From Marsupella aquatica (lineage: Eukaryota; Plantae; Marchantiophyta), in NCBI GenBank assembly GCA_973895155.1, contig OZ316892.1:10396283-10460282 (forward strand): 64,000 nucleotides of DNA, written 5' to 3'. Position 1 is the stretch's first letter; the number at the start of each line of letters is the position of its first letter. The notes beneath the pieces were generated by a model. That model was given only the letters and a program-made list of their open reading frames with translations. It did not search any database and was not told the DNA's origin. Shown here in pieces: positions 26,298-40,677 of the stretch. The position numbers and the translations under genes are program-made.

Positions 26298-27200
26298 TGT
26301 TACATGTCACTCTTCTGTATGAGGTGTAAAAGGTGTTATGGGAGTCTGAAATTCACCAAATATTTTGAATGGGTCGGTGAGCTAGGATTTCATTATTCCA
26401 TCTACTTGTTACATGTCACTCTTCTGTATGAGCCTGTGTAAAAGGTGTTATGGGAGTCAATTTACCAAATGTTTTGAATGGGTCGGTGAGCTAGGGTTTC
26501 ATTATTCCATCTACGTGTTACATGTCACTCTTCTGTATGAGCCTGTGTAAAAGGTGTTATGGGACTCAATTAACCCAATGTTTGAATGGTTCGGTGAGCT
26601 AGGGTTTCATTATTCCATCTACGTGTTACATGTCACTCTTCTGTATGAGCCTGTGTAAAAGGTGTTATGGGAATCAATTAACCCAATGTTTGAATGGGTC
26701 GGTGAGCTAGGGTTTCACTATTTCAACTCCTTGTTACATGTCACTCTTCTGTCTGAGGTGTAAGAGGTTTTCTGGGAGTCAATCCGAGAGTCAAACTCAC
26801 TTTCTGAATCAGTCAGTGAGGGTTTCCTCACTCCATGTGCTTGCTACATTTCGCTCTTCTGTCGGAGGTGTACAAGGTGCAATGGGAGTCACACTCAATA
26901 ATGTTCTGATCGAATGGGTCGGTCCGTGTTCATTTCATAAAATGAAGCGACGTACCCGGCAAACAAACTGGGTGACTTCGTGGTCACGAACACTTTAAGA
27001 ATCAGGAGCTCTTTATGTAACTAACGTAGTACCTAGTTAGAATTGTTAGATATGCCTGCAGACATGCTTGCTACATTTCGCCTTTTGTCATAGCTGTAAA
27101 AGGTGCAATGGGAGTCACACTCAATGTTCTGAATGGGAGCTCTTCATGTAATTAACGTAGTACCTAGTTTAGATTGTTAGCTAGATATGCCTGGAGACAG
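26298..27200. repeat. Same satellite array, copy 2 (5 type-1 monomers, 2 type-2)
   Basis: ttacatgtcactcttctg at ~26300, 26409, 26518, 26627 and 26734. Confidence 0.88.
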
Positions 27201-28205
27201 GGCCTCAACAGTTAAGAAGAAATCTATCAAGCATAGCTAGGGAGGTAGTGCATGACACGAAGGCAAAAGATCCAATGAAATCTGACATCATTCCACTTTC
27301 ATAATTCGAAAGCTGATCTGCCGTCATATATATATATATATATAGATCGAGAGATCGATAGATCAATTGATTTACGTGCATCCACTTGTTTCATTTGAAG
27401 CGTCCTAGCCTGATAATTTGCTAGAGTTCGACGATGTAACTCCTACGCAAAGCTCCATTTGATAGTTTCAGCAACATCCCAGCAAGCACTCGGGGAAACA
27501 AATTGATGTCTAGCTTCGTCATGTACACTTGAGAAATCAGCAAGAGCCATCCATCGTCCATCGGTTCCACTGAAAAAGACCAGAAGAGGACCATAGTGGA
27601 GGTTGTCAGTTACTATATTAGAATGAGACCGTGATAATATCTGATGTGCCTTACGTGCTGCCAATACCGAGAACGTGGGATCGGGTCATTTTCTTCCGCA
27701 ATTGCGCCCTGGTGCCTTCCTCGTACTGTTTGCTTCATTCTCAAATATGTGTAAATTTGAACCTCTAGCGATTTATCTACGTACCGCCGACGACGCTGCA
27801 GACATACTGAAACTGCTCGAAATTGAAGTCCTATGCAGAATGATTCTCAATAGCTCACCTGATGCCTAAACTGGCTCAGTCTCTCACGATTGAACATATT
27901 ATCTGTCCAACAGTCAATCGGCCGGCGTTGGAAGTTGTAGCAAACGACTTGGGCAATTCAGGAACCCGGCGGTCTTTGTGCGCGGAATTTGCTGGCATCC
28001 GCTTGAGCTGGTTACCGGCCTGGTGTTGAGGGTCGTCTATCATGTTCATCTGAACTAGATCGACAAGAAGAGCACGGCAAGAATGACATTGAATGACAAT
28101 GTCAGTTAGCGCGCTAGTCATTGCATCAGATCATTTGAATACTAAAACTCGATGACAAACGTAATGGCTGAAGGTTGTTTGGTACAGGTATTCGAGAATG
28201 AGAAT

Positions 28206-29218
28206 TTATACCTGATGTGTGTGACTTGCTGCCAATACCCAGAGCATGCGCTTCGGATATGGTCATTTCCTTCCACAACGCCCCCCTGGCGGCTTCCTCG
28301 TACTTTTTACTCCTACGAACCTCCAGCAATTTCTCAACGTCACCGGGGTTGCCATTGCCAGTCGATACAGGATCGAAAGAATAGGAGCAAGGCAAGGCGC
28401 GGTTACTCAAATACTTGTGAACTTTGGACGAGTACTTGAGCGTGTGCGCAGTGTCGTCGGCGGTGCCAGTGGATTCATGCCAGCCTTCCATGTGCCCCAA
28501 GACCCCGCCCAAGACTCAGACCTAGGAAACTTAGAAAGACGCACATACTGCGAGCTTCTCTGGCGTTCAAGCCCTAGGTAGATTTGCTTAAGCAGCGGAA
28601 AAGCTGGATACATGTCGAGCCCGAATAGATCTGTGGTGGACGGGCCCAAGCTAACCATGTACTGCTTCTCTCGCGCTCGGTAGATCGATCTGGTTAAGCT
28701 TGGGAAAAGCCCGGGGAAAAGGGGAAAAGCCTGGAGACATTCTTTCTCATTTCAGCGGCATAGCTGTAGACGTCGTTTTTAAGGTTACTGTTATGAGAGA
28801 TACTGGTTTTAAGTTACTGTTGAAATTGTTCGTGGTTTAAGTGACTGTTTCATAGACGGTACTAATTCAAATATTTTCTTTCTAAGTTTCTCTAAGTTTA
28901 ATTACTCGGTCTGAATCTTGGGGCACATGGAAGGCTGCCATGAATGCACTTGCACCGCCGACGACGCTGGGGACACGCTCAAAGTGCTCGAACTCGAAGT
29001 TCACAAGTATTCCAGGAACCGCCTCTTGGATTGTTCCTATTCTTTTGATCCTTTATCGACTGGCAATGGCCACCCCGGTGACGTTGAGAAATTGCTGTAG
29101 GTTCGTAGGAGGAAAAAGTACGAGGAAGCGGCCAGGGGGGCGTTGTGGAAGGAAATGACCATATCCGAAGCTCATGCTCTGGGTACTGGCAGCACGTCAC
29201 GCAGATGAGGTATAAAAC
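28206..29218. repeat. Long inverted repeat A2 (copy of A1)
   Basis: Arms ~28206-28540 and ~28877-29218; mirror ORFs 28126-28512(-) and 28918-29100(+). Confidence 0.95.
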
Positions 29219-30699
29219 CATCTGGTTAAGCTTGGGAAAAGCCTGGAGCCATTCTTTCTCAATTAAGCCGCATAGCTGTAGACGTCGTTTTCAAGGTTAC
29301 AATTATGAGAGATACTGGTTTTAAGGGACTATTTCATAGACGGTACTCATTCAAATAGTTTTCCATCTTGATGGAACAGTCTGAACATGGTGAAGCGCGG
29401 CAGATGAACTGTTGTGGAGTACCATAAATGCTCATTTGTTTATTTGAGTGTCCAAATTTCATTTGTTTTAAGTTACAAGTAAAGTGACGGTAGTGTGTCG
29501 TTTGTTTTTAAATAGTTGTACGTCGCTACAGTTACTGTAGGGACAATTTTCAAGAAGGATAATGGTATTGACTGCTTCGGTGAAAACCTGGACTCAGCTA
29601 GACAGGGTAGGGCGTCCTCCTTATTTCAAACTTGCTCAATGTCCTGGATGCTCTTAGTCCGGTTCATATGTTCACTTTCTCTCCTGGACAAAAAATTTGA
29701 AGTGAGATACGTTAAGGGAAGTGCTTGACTGAAGGAACACAGCGGCCGGGTAAAGTTTAAGGCTGTGCTTCTGTCTGTGAGATTCCACCCCAGAAGGGAA
29801 TAGATTAATTATACTCGATATGCAGGTCGAGGGGGCGCGCTTACAGGTTATTATGAAGTTGGACGTTGCAGGAATAATACAAGGCAATCGACAAGTTATT
29901 AACGGAGATGGGAACGAAGAGAAGCTTGGCTTAGAGTCGTGGAAGTTTCGAGAGCAGCGGTAATTGAAATAGCAGAATCCTATACTTCCAGCTCGATCCT
30001 GGTGAGCCTTAAGATTAGGTATTTTACAGCCAGCGGTTCTAGGTGAATGCAATTCTTCGATTGTCCTACGAGCCAATTCAGCTACGCCACTTAAATATAT
30101 TAGTTGTTCCGAGCCAGCAGTTCGAGTTGAATGCAAGTCGATCTCCTATGGTCCTATGAACCTATAGCTACGTACGCGACTGCTCCTCACGAAGATATGT
30201 TCCCATTGTCGTACGTAGTCACGGAGTATTGGTTCAGCCCGGGGTTCAGCCACTAGCAGATTATGTGGCCACCCACGTACAGCTTCTAGCCCTTTCATTG
30301 TATATTGAAATGAAATTTCAGTTATATAGCAGGATGGCGGTGATTTGACATATTCTGTTGTGCGCAGGCTTTTAGATAACAGGTGGCGGTCCAGCTCTCA
30401 GAATGTGAGGCAGGTAGTAACCGTAAACGTACATCAGGCCACGATCAATGACCTAGGTCCCCGATAATGGCCGTCTAATATTGTCGTGTAATTACAATCT
30501 CCTAAATTTGATCGACGAGTCTGGATAAAACATAGGGTCTTGCCAAGTTTCTTTCGGCTATGTGACTTTCGTTGATGGTATGGGATCAATTTCGTTGCAA
30601 ATGTTCTATTGATGAGTGTGCATCCGGTATAAGTTGACCGTCAAAACTATGACGATGCTTTCATCTGGTCTTTGGATGGAAAGATGAACGACTCCGGCG

Positions 30700-31064
30700 C
30701 GCCTGGAATGGTACAATCCTAACGGGGTTACATAGACATCATATTTTTCCTGGACTTCAGCTCGGTGACTTAGAGGACGCGTTTTGGAGTGGTTAGGGGG
30801 CTATGGGGAGAAAGGCTGCTGATCTGGCCTAGGGACTGGCTCCCACTTCAACTTCCTAATACAAGGATACTATCCGTGTCTTACGAGGATATTGCCAGCC
30901 AAAGCAAACGTCGGAATGTCGGTTATTCATTCGCGAAAAATCTGTTAGCGTATCTCATACCGTTTACAGATATGGTACGTCAGAGTTCCCCGGTGTTCCT
31001 CGTCGGTCACTCCATCGGTGGACTCGTCATTAATAAAAGACCTTTAGAGCTATGCATCGTCTAG
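30700..31064 (+). pseudogene. Alpha/beta-hydrolase (PGAP1/SERAC1-like) fragment resembling the N-terminus of bryophyte hydrolase-NLRs
   Basis: DIIFF.GLQLGDLEDAFW ... IWPRDWLPLQLPNTRILSVSYE ... FAKNLL ... PVFLVGHSIGGLVI (GHSxGG nucleophile elbow); frameshifted. Confidence 0.8.
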
Positions 31065-32355
31065 ACGACGCAAGTGTACTCATCGGCCATTACTGAGGTA
31101 TGCTTTCCATGGAATGGAAAGGTCTTGTAAAGTTTTAGCGGTGCCAAGGACTAGAGTAATTAATTTCAAGGAGCAAAATTAATAGATGAGTTTCCGTGCT
31201 CTTATATATTACAACTGTGTTTACCATGAAAGTGATCCTTGCTGGATTATGCAGCACAAGGGCTCAACTGGAGTTGGTCGACGTGGACGAGCTGTAGCTC
31301 CGGCCATGCAAGGTCAGTAAAAAAATTTGAATGATGGAATTCTTCAGTGTGACGTCAATTTCCTCAACGCACCAGGCCATAAAAAAGACCTGGATAATGG
31401 AATTGCGTAATTAGCAGCTATTTGAAATTCTTGTAATATCTTGATGGAGATAGCCTCCGTAACGGACAACATAAGGAGTAGCCGTATAACCAGTGACTGA
31501 AACTTAGTGATAGGATTGAAAGAGAACTTTGCAAGATGGGAACTCTCAATATAATGGATGCTTGTGAAGTATGTGAGTTGTTCACTGTTTTCAGGATACT
31601 AGCTAATGTCGTTTTGTATAGCGAACTGGCCGCGTTTTTTCTGACACAAACAGGTGGATTACGAAGGAGGGATGGAGGCGACGCAAACAATCCTTCATGG
31701 GAACCTTGCGCCATTCATGGGAACCTTGCGCCCCTACCCTTCATGACAAGTTCAGGATCTACAAGTGATAGGTACTTCTGGAGTACGTTGCTTTCAATGG
31801 TTGTATTTGGAGAGTCCCTTTGGCAGAATTATGTTGAGCTTCAAGTCCTATTTCTGCAGATCAAGACGTCATATACCATACCAAAGCAGAAGGGTTACAG
31901 CCCACACAGGTTCTGATCTTCAAAAAGAGATCGATCAACTGCCTCTTGACTTGAAGGCCTCCTGACTTGAAGGCCTCCAACAAATTCCACTCCATGACCC
32001 TCCTATGTGGCTTTTGTCAGTTCGCTGCTCAATATATATTGCTTTAGTTCTTAAATTACCTTAGTTTCTAGGAGACTCTATCTCGTCCTTTTTGGCTCTT
32101 CTCTCTTCCAGGTTCTATTCCTTGTTTTCTTTGTGCGCGGAATTTGCTGGCATCCACTTGATCGAGCTGGTTACCGGCGTGGTGTTGATGGTCGTCTATC
32201 ATGTTCATCTGAACTGGATCGACAAGAAGAGCACGGCAAGAATGACATTGAATGACAATGTTAGTGAGCGCGCTAGTCATTGCATCAGATCATTTAAGTA
32301 CTAACGGAATGGCTGAAGATTGTTAGTTACAGGTATTCGAGAATGAGATTGTAAT

Positions 32356-32907
32356 TTTTATACCTGATGTTCGTGACGTGCTGCCAATACCCAGAGCATT
32401 CGCTTCGGATATGGTCATTTCCTTCCACAACGCCCCCCTGGCGGCTTCCTCGTACTTTTTCCTCCTACGAACCTCTAGCAATTTCTCAACGTCACCGGGG
32501 TTGCCATTGCCAGTCGATACAGGATGGAAAGAATAGGACCAGGGCAAGACGCGGTTATTCAAATACTTGTGAACTTTGGATTCGAACACTTTGACCCTGT
32601 CCCCAGCGTCGTCGGCGGTGCTACTGGATTCATGGCAGCCTTCCATGTGCCCGCGCTCAAAGTGCTCGAATCCAAAGTTTACAAGTATTTGAGTACCCGC
32701 GTCTTGCGTTGCTCCTATTCTTTCCATCCTGTATCGACTGGCAATGGCAACCCCGGTGACGTTGAGAAATTGCTGGAGAAATTGCTGGAGGTTCGTAGGA
32801 GGAAAAAGTACGAGGAAGCCGCCAGGGGGGCGTTGTGGAAGGAAATGACCATATCCGAAGTTCATGCTCTGGGTACTGGCAGCACGTCAAGCACATCAGG
32901 TATAAAA
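32356..32907. repeat. Long inverted repeat B2 (~60-nt loop; 12-nt duplication in right arm)
   Basis: Mirror ORFs 32323-32865(-) and 32524-33063(+); agaaattgctgg duplicated at ~32765-32788. Confidence 0.95.
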
Positions 32908-34059
32908 TTATCTGGTTACTTAAGCTTGGGAAAAGCCTGGAGCCATTCTCATTTAAGCCGCATAGCTGTAGACGTCGTTTTTAAGGTTACTACTGTTATG
33001 AGAGATACTGGTTTAAGTGACTATTTCATAGACGGTACTCATTCACATAGTTTTCCAACTTGATTGAACAGTCTGAACATGGTGAAGCGCGGCAGATCAA
33101 CTGTTGTGGAGTACCAGTAATGCTCATTTGTTTATTTAAGGGTCCAAAACTTGTTCATTTATTTTAAGTTACAAGTAAAGTGACGGTAGTGTGTCGTTTT
33201 GTTTCTAATTAGTTGTCGCTACAGTTACTGTCGGGACAATTAATGTCACGAAGGATAAAGGTATTGACTGCTTCGGTGAAAACCTCCTTATTTTAAACTT
33301 GCTCAATGTCCTGGATGCTCTCAGTCCTGTTCATATGTTCACTTTCTCTCCTAGACAAACAATTTGAAGTGAGATACGTTAAGGGAAGTGCTTGACTGAA
33401 GGAACACAGCGGGTAAAGTTTAAGGCTGTGCTTGAGTTCTATCTCTGAGATTCCACCCCTGAAGGGAAGAACACATTAATCCTCGATATGAAGGTCGACG
33501 GGGCGCGCTCACAGGTTATTATGAAGCTGGACGTCGCGTTGCAGGAATAATTCCAGGCAATCGGCAAGTTATAGCGGAGACGGGGAGGGAAAGAAGGTTA
33601 GCATACAATCGTGGAAGTTTCGGAAGCAGTGTTAATTAATTGAAATGGCAGAATCCTATACTTCCAGCTCGATTCTGGTGACCCTTAAGATTAGTGGTTT
33701 TCCAGCCAGCGGTTGTAGGTGAATGCAATTCTTCTATGGTCCCATGAACTTATTCAGCTGCGCGACTTAAAATATGCTAGTTGTTTTCCAGCCAGCGGTT
33801 CGAAGTCCCCGATAAAGGTCGTGTACGTATTGTGGTGTAATTACAATGTGCTAAATTTGACGAGTCTGGATAAACCATAGGATATATCTTGCCGAGGTTC
33901 TTTCGACCATGTCACTTTCCTTGATCGATGGTATGGGATCAATGATTTCGCTACAATGTTCTATTGATGAGTTTGAATCCCGCATAACTTAATTGACCAT
34001 CAAAACTACGGCAATGCTATTTGGTCTTTGAATGAGAAAATGAACGACTCCGTCTGGGA

Positions 34060-34420
34060 ATGGTACTCTCCTAACGGGGTTACATGGACATCATATTTTT
34101 CCTGGACTTCAGCTCGGTGACTTAGAGGACGCATTTTGGAGTGGTTGGGGGGCTATGGGGAGAAGGCAGCTGATTTGGCCTAGGGACTGGCTCCCACTTC
34201 AACTTCCTAATGCAAGGAAATGTACTATCTGTGTCTTACGAGTATATTGCCAGACAAATCAACGTCGAACTGTCGCTTATTCATTCGCGAAAAATCTGTT
34301 CGCGGATCTCATATATACCGGGTACAGATCGATATGGTATGTCAGCTAGAGCCGCCCCCGGGCATTCCAGGTCGGTCACTCCATCGGTGGACTCGTCATT
34401 AATCAAAGACCTTTAGAGCT
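34060..34420 (+). pseudogene. Second hydrolase-domain fragment
   Basis: DIIFF.GLQLGDLEDAFW, LIWPRDWLPLQLPNAR, VGHSIGGLVI; multiple frameshifts. Confidence 0.75.
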
Positions 34421-37400
34421 ATGCAAGGTCTAGACGACGCATGTATACTCTTCGGCCCGTACGTACTGAGGTATGCTTTTAATGGAATGGAAAGGTCCTG
34501 TAAAGTTTTAGCGGTGCCAAGGACTAGAGTATCAAGGAGCGAAATCAATAGACGAGGCCGGCCTAGCTTGAGTTTCCGTGCTCTTATATATTACAACTGT
34601 GTTTACCATGAAAGTGATCCTCGCTGGATTTATGCAGCACAAGGACTCAACTGGTCTTGGAGTTGGTCGTGGATCGGATGAGCGTAGCTCTGCCCATGCA
34701 AGGTCAGTAAAATTCTTTGGATGATGAAATTCATCTGCGTAACGTCAAATGTGGTAGCGATAGTCTGTATTTGCTAGGGAGAGTTGGTACTACGCAGGCG
34801 GAGTGTGTAATGGAGGCACAGAGTCAAAGCACGTACTGCTGGATTGAAATCTTGCGTGCATTAATTTTGGACATTTGAAATATTTGAAATAATCCTCAAG
34901 ATGGAAAGAAGCTGGTTACTCGTCAAGTAGACAGTGTAACTTCTTCTGTCTGATCCTTGTCTTATCATAACTGAAGCTGGCCTAGCTAGAGACAATTTGA
35001 TTGTACGTGGTTTTTCCCACTGCGCAGGCCAGCTCTGCTGCACCAGGAACTGTACCTGCTCCACCTGGTGGAAGCGGAGTAGCCACACGTACCTGTCAAA
35101 AGATGAATTCAGGCGTCTTCTTGCGAGGTCCATTTCAAGGTTCTTGCCAGATTGTGCACATCTTGCGTAGTAGATGCTGGCCGCTACTGATCGATTCGTG
35201 GTTGCCAGCTCATAGGTTGTAAAGTTTTTCAATCGCACTGGGTCTGAATTGAAGCTAAGGGAAAAGTGCACCATGCATAGAGTAGAAAGCTGACTTGCTG
35301 ATCAGCATGCACCCAGTGCTTGCCAGTGTCTAATTAATTAGATGCCAGATGTAACAATGCACGTAGAGTCGGGAGAGCTGTACGTAGGGGTCGATTTTTG
35401 TGCCGGACAATTTGTGGGGAGAAGTGTTGCATTTGCAGATAGCACCTTCTACAAGGCGAATGGGGGCATAATCACGAAGCCCTGCAATTCTCTAGTAGAA
35501 TCTTGAATATGAGCCTATCCTAAGATTCTCTCACCCTCGCCAGAGTTTTGTGTGACAATTCCAATTTCAGTCCCTTCCTTTTGGTACTTCCAGCGGTGAG
35601 AATGTGGCTCATGCTTCTTGTACAGTAGGCAGGGACCATTGTGTTCGAAAGAGATGGAACTAAAGATGTAAAGTCTAAACCCTGCAGGCACTATGGCACT
35701 ATGGTAGGTGCCAAAAGCAAATGAGGTTGGCTTCACGCCAAGGTTTTGCATTCATAATTGGCGCTGCTTTTTAATGATTGAGCATGTTTGTTCTGAGCTA
35801 GAGGAGTGAATTGAACAGTTCTGGTAATTCTTGCCCTTTTTAGTAATACTACTCGGTTTTGAAGGACAAGCACTTCTGCTAACAGATTCTTGCTCTCTAC
35901 TTACTCGGCTTTGTGCTGTGCAGCCTTGGATTTTGTCGTCCACGACGTACACCAGGGATTATCTGGCATCGTCAATGTCAGCCCTCGGTAAGAGAAATAA
36001 TCAAGATTTCAAGGACTTTTTGATCGTCCTAAAGGCATGTCACTCCGCATTGAACCTGTCGCGTTCCGTCCCGAATTGTTTAACTCATTCTGAGACGGTA
36101 GCTGGAAAAATTTCCTCAACGCAGTAGGCTCTAAAAAGGACCTGGACAATGGAACTGCCTTAATACTATTTTAAATTCTTGTAATATCTTGATGGAGATA
36201 ACATCCTTAACGGAGAACATATGGAGTAGCTGTATAACCAGTGATTGAAACTTCGTGATAGGATTGAAAGAGAACTTTGTAAGATATTAACTCTCAATAT
36301 AATGGATGCTTGTGAAGTATGTGAGTTCTTCACTCTTTTCAGGATACTAATGTCGTTTTGTATAGCGAACTGGCCGCGTTTTTGGTGATTAAAACAGATG
36401 GTTTATGAAGGAGGGATGGAGGCGACGCAAACAATCCTTCATGGGAACCATGCGTACCTACCCTTCATGACAAGTGATCTACTACTGATTGGTACCTCTG
36501 GAGTTGCTCACAATGGTTGAATTTGGAGTGTCCCTTTGGTAGAATTATGTTGAGCTTAAAGTACTATTTGTGCAGATCAACACGTCATTTACCATAACAA
36601 AGCTTCGGCAGACGACAAAGGGTTACAGCCAACCAAGGGGGCCTCTGACCTTTACAAACAGTTGAACTGCAAGCCTGAGCGTGTCAGAAATTCACTTTCT
36701 CTGATGAATTTATATACTCACGCAGTTAAGATAGACGACCCACTGCAGATGGTGCGATTGTTCTTTCAGAGATTAATCATGCATTATGTTCTGCGTTCAA
36801 ATCGGTTACTTAATTAATATGCTATTTTCCTCTTTGGTATAGATTTAGACGCGGTTTTAGAAGTTGCAGTGGCTGAAGGGGAGCAGACTACACTAGGCAG
36901 CTTGCTACTGACAAAGCTCTTGCGGTGCGTCGCAATGAACCTCCTATGTGAATATGTGAGCGTGAAACGAACTTTTATATACTTTCTATTCACAGTAAGC
37001 TTTGCCGCAAGCCTACAGAAGGGAGTTCACTGTATGCCTAGAGGCCCCGGCCTGGAAGTGCAAAATTGGGACTAATATACAAGGACAACTTCAAACAAAA
37101 CTCGACCCGGAACTCGACCCCTCGGCACCTCGGGCATCATGGAGTTGTCTTGCATTTTGTTGGAGTGTCTAACGAGATCAGGCATCAAACGAGACCTCCC
37201 TCATAACCGGGCCGATGACTTGAGAACTTGGCCCCTTAGTGAGCTTGTTTGATCAAGTCAAGCCAGTTTGTAATCAAATCATGCCTAATATATTTTTGTA
37301 ATTAATTTACTGTCCATAATAATTTCTCTTTGATTTGGATCTAGAGAGCAAGTGAGGTTATGATGTTGTTTGCAGTTATATGGGGAAAGCAAGTAGGTTC

Positions 37401-39182
37401 GGAAGCTCCAAAATGGGACTAAGAGGACTTGGGACTAATGTTTTTAATATGTAATTATATTTAGGTACATCTAGATGCAGTTCTTCAATGTGACCAATAA
37501 TCAAGTACATCAATCTAACTCGTATAAACAAGACCATATCATGGGTGGTAGGCTTGTGCGAGGCTATTCTAAAGTTCATGCAACGAGATGTCATGCAACT
37601 TGCTATTCTAAAGTTCATGCAACGAGATGTCATGCAACTTAGAGTCAGACTGATAAAAGAAAAAAGTGCATCTTGTTCATCAATATTGGAATGTCTTGAA
37701 CTTGCACAACCTTTAAATCCAAGCATAAATAAGCTAGTAATCCCAGCTAGTAATTTTACCTATAGGTCCGTTACAATGGATGTATTGGATGACAATCTGG
37801 CTGACGAAGCAAAAAATAAGCTGGAAGTTACCATTTGATTTACCAATATTTGAGGAGGCAAAGTTTGAAAAATCATCCTTAGCATTCTTGAGGGACATGA
37901 AGCAATATCAATTGACACAGGTTCAAGTGAGGATTAGGGAGTTCTTGGAGGAGGTAGAGCCGCCCAATACCCTGCTATTGGTAGCAGTCCAGACAATTGA
38001 CTATCACAAGCTAGAATACTTGTGAATACCTTCTATAAGTACTTTTTATGTAACTATGTTTATACGTAAATCTAGGGTGGAGTTCTTCAATGTGGCCGGT
38101 AACCAAATGCATCTATCCTAGTACGCACAACTTGGGATTAAAATATAATAGTCAGATGTATGATGCCTCACTTGCTCAATTTGGGGATAGGATCTTGTCC
38201 CAAAGCCAATGTCAAGTCTGTTGCTGTACGTTGCATCTCGCAAACAATGGTTCAACTTCTTTTGGTGGACTTAAGATAAAAATGACAAACATCTCAAGTA
38301 GGATAACTGCAAATAGGGGTTTAATGAATCTTCAAAATGAGTTGCATGCAGGCCAGTCGTGTAGTCCCCTAACATTTCAACGCTTTTCTTTGTAAATGCT
38401 TAAAAAAAAAATTCTGTAATAAAAGGCATTTTTGTGTATAAGAGTCCACATGCTTTTCTTTGGATATGCACACAAAAAATTACTATCTGTAATTAATTAA
38501 AGGCATTTTTGTGCATACGAGTGGACATGCATATATCAGTTGCTGCAATGCATACAATAGATTGAAGCATTTATTGAAAAGGGTAGCACACAACTACAGT
38601 GCATACAGTATTTTTGTGCACTTATCTTGCAGTATGACGGGGGTGTGAGGAGTCGAGTGGGTACGACCGGACAGGACATATGAAGAATTGCATAAGAGAT
38701 TTCACATGCACTTATTGAATAGTGCAGCATGCTCACATGGAGAAATATATAAATGATATCCCATGCACTTATAATTAGTGCGTAACCTGGATAAGTGCAG
38801 GCTTTGGGCGTCATCCAGGGAATTATTAGACATGGTAGGCTGTACAATTGGCTGGGTCTAAGCACACACCCAATTAATGCAAAAATGTGCAAGGCATCTT
38901 GATCTTCCCTTTTCTATCACATGGAATATGCACTTTTTGTACATCTTTTCTATGCACACACAGACCTTAAAGCTCAAACCCTTGATAAGTGTTTATCTGC
39001 ACTAATTTGCAAACACACAATCCCATGTAATTGCATGTACTTATAAATGCACACCCATTCTGAGTAGCGTAAAAAACGCAGTAATGGAGTTGGGCACAGA
39101 ATGTGGTGTACAATGTGTATGAGGCATAAGATTGCTCACTGACTCAGGGGCCCATTGCACATGCCAGCAATGTTAAATTAGA

Positions 39183-39868
39183 GTCTAAGTTTGTCATTCT
39201 TCAGGTGGTCAAGAATTGGCTTACATCGAAAAGGTAGATGGTCTTAAGGTCCTCCATGTCAAAACTACTCCGGCCAACAACTATCAGGTCACTACTGTGT
39301 CTCTTCCATCTGTTAGTCTTAACACTCTGCATAGAAGACGAGCACACTTACACATCGATGGCATTAAACATTTCATCAAGGCTGAGGGAATTAGTCTTAG
39401 CGATTCTTCTCCTTTCATTTTTTGCGACGCATGTGCTTTGGCAAAGTCTACTCGTTTTATTTGCCGGGAACATCATACTCGGGTTCCTAAGCCTTTTCAG
39501 AGTGTCCATCTTGATCTTTGTGGTCCTATGTCTAAGTTATATTACCTGGGATAGGTAATAAGAAGTATTTTCTCCTGATCACTGATGATCACACTCGTTA
39601 TCGATGGATTTCATGCCTGCATAACAAAGGGCAAGCTGTCTCAGTTATTCAACAATTCTTTGCAGCAATTGCAAATCAATACTCATCAACGATTGTGGAG
39701 GTTTTTTTTTGTGATAACGGCCAGAATTTGGCAGTAAAGTTTTCAAGGATTTTCTTGCTGCCAAAGTGTGTCGCATGGTACATTCTGCTCCCTATCACCA
39801 CACACAGGACGGCATTGCTGAGCGTTCAAATGGTATCATTACAGAGAAGGCTCGTGCAATGCTGCTTG
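39183..39868 (+). mobile_element. Copia integrase remnant; LTR-gag-protease deleted relative to copy 1
   Basis: LHRRRAHLH...FCDACALAKSTR...PFQSVHLDLCGP, QDGIAERSNGIITEKARAML. Joined almost directly to the first LTR bases (gcaa|tgttaa). Confidence 0.9.
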
Positions 39869-40126
39869 ATTATGTATTTCCTCCCCTTTTGCCATTGGCA
39901 CCTGTGTTGCTGTTTCCCATGCCTTTTGATGCCGTTGTCCTCATGATGTACTAACACAAATGGTTGGCTACCACAATATCAGCCAAGGTACATCTACCAT
40001 CTTGTACCATGGTAAGATCAACGTATAATTTATTTATTGGCCGGGGACGGACAAGGCAATTATTCCCTTAGAGTCATGGTCTAGAGAATTCAATCTAGAC
40101 TGTAGGCCAAGGCAATAGCTCTGATT

Positions 40127-40398
40127 CTCCGGGGGTTCACCTTATGAAATTGTTGTATACCATGTGCGAACGCCCCTATTTAATCACTCTCTCAAAAAGG
40201 AATAGGAAGCTCAAAAAACCCATCAATCATTTATTGACACGTGGAAAGCAATGAATCATGTGATGACAAGTGGCACTTTTAAATTGTTACCCCCTTACTT
40301 ACTTCCTCGCTACTTCTAAGTAGTTCCCTAAAATGAATAAAACGCCCATTACTTCGTTTGCACATGATGTCAACATTTGTGGAAGTGACCCCCTCGAG
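40127..40398. mobile_element. 272-bp MITE with 8-bp TSD (hAT/Merlin/P-type), present only in copy 3
   Basis: ctctgatt|ctccgggggttcac ... gtgaccccctcgag|ctttgatt; empty site (ctttgatt / ctttaatt) in copies 1 and 2. Confidence 0.85.
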
Positions 40399-40423
40399 CT
40401 TTGATTCCAATTATACATAGTTA

Positions 40424-40677
40424 TCTACAACTATAATAATGGATCCCGCATTTTTTTGTCCTTTGTCCCAATACGAAAAAGCTCCTGGGCAGCATCCACA
40501 GCTGTTGGATTCAATTGGTTGTTTCCCTGACCATTGATGGAGGAAATATGCACCCCTAGCACATATGTTGATATGTGCTTCCCGTTGCCCCCGGGGTTGC
40601 CCCATAAATGCCCCAGCCCAACTCCCTATGGGCCGGCCCTCCTTGCATCGTGCAATGCATGGGCATAGGGCTCCTAG
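40424..40677 (+). mobile_element. Short non-autonomous Helitron (copy 3)
   Basis: A|TCTACAACTATAATAA ... CGTGCAATGCATGGGCA...CTAG. Confidence 0.65.

Larger units (their letters stand above)
25058..39868. repeat. Segmental repeat copy 2
   Basis: Same start junction. Contains two hairpins, two hydrolase fragments, the common tail and an internally deleted Copia. Confidence 0.92.
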
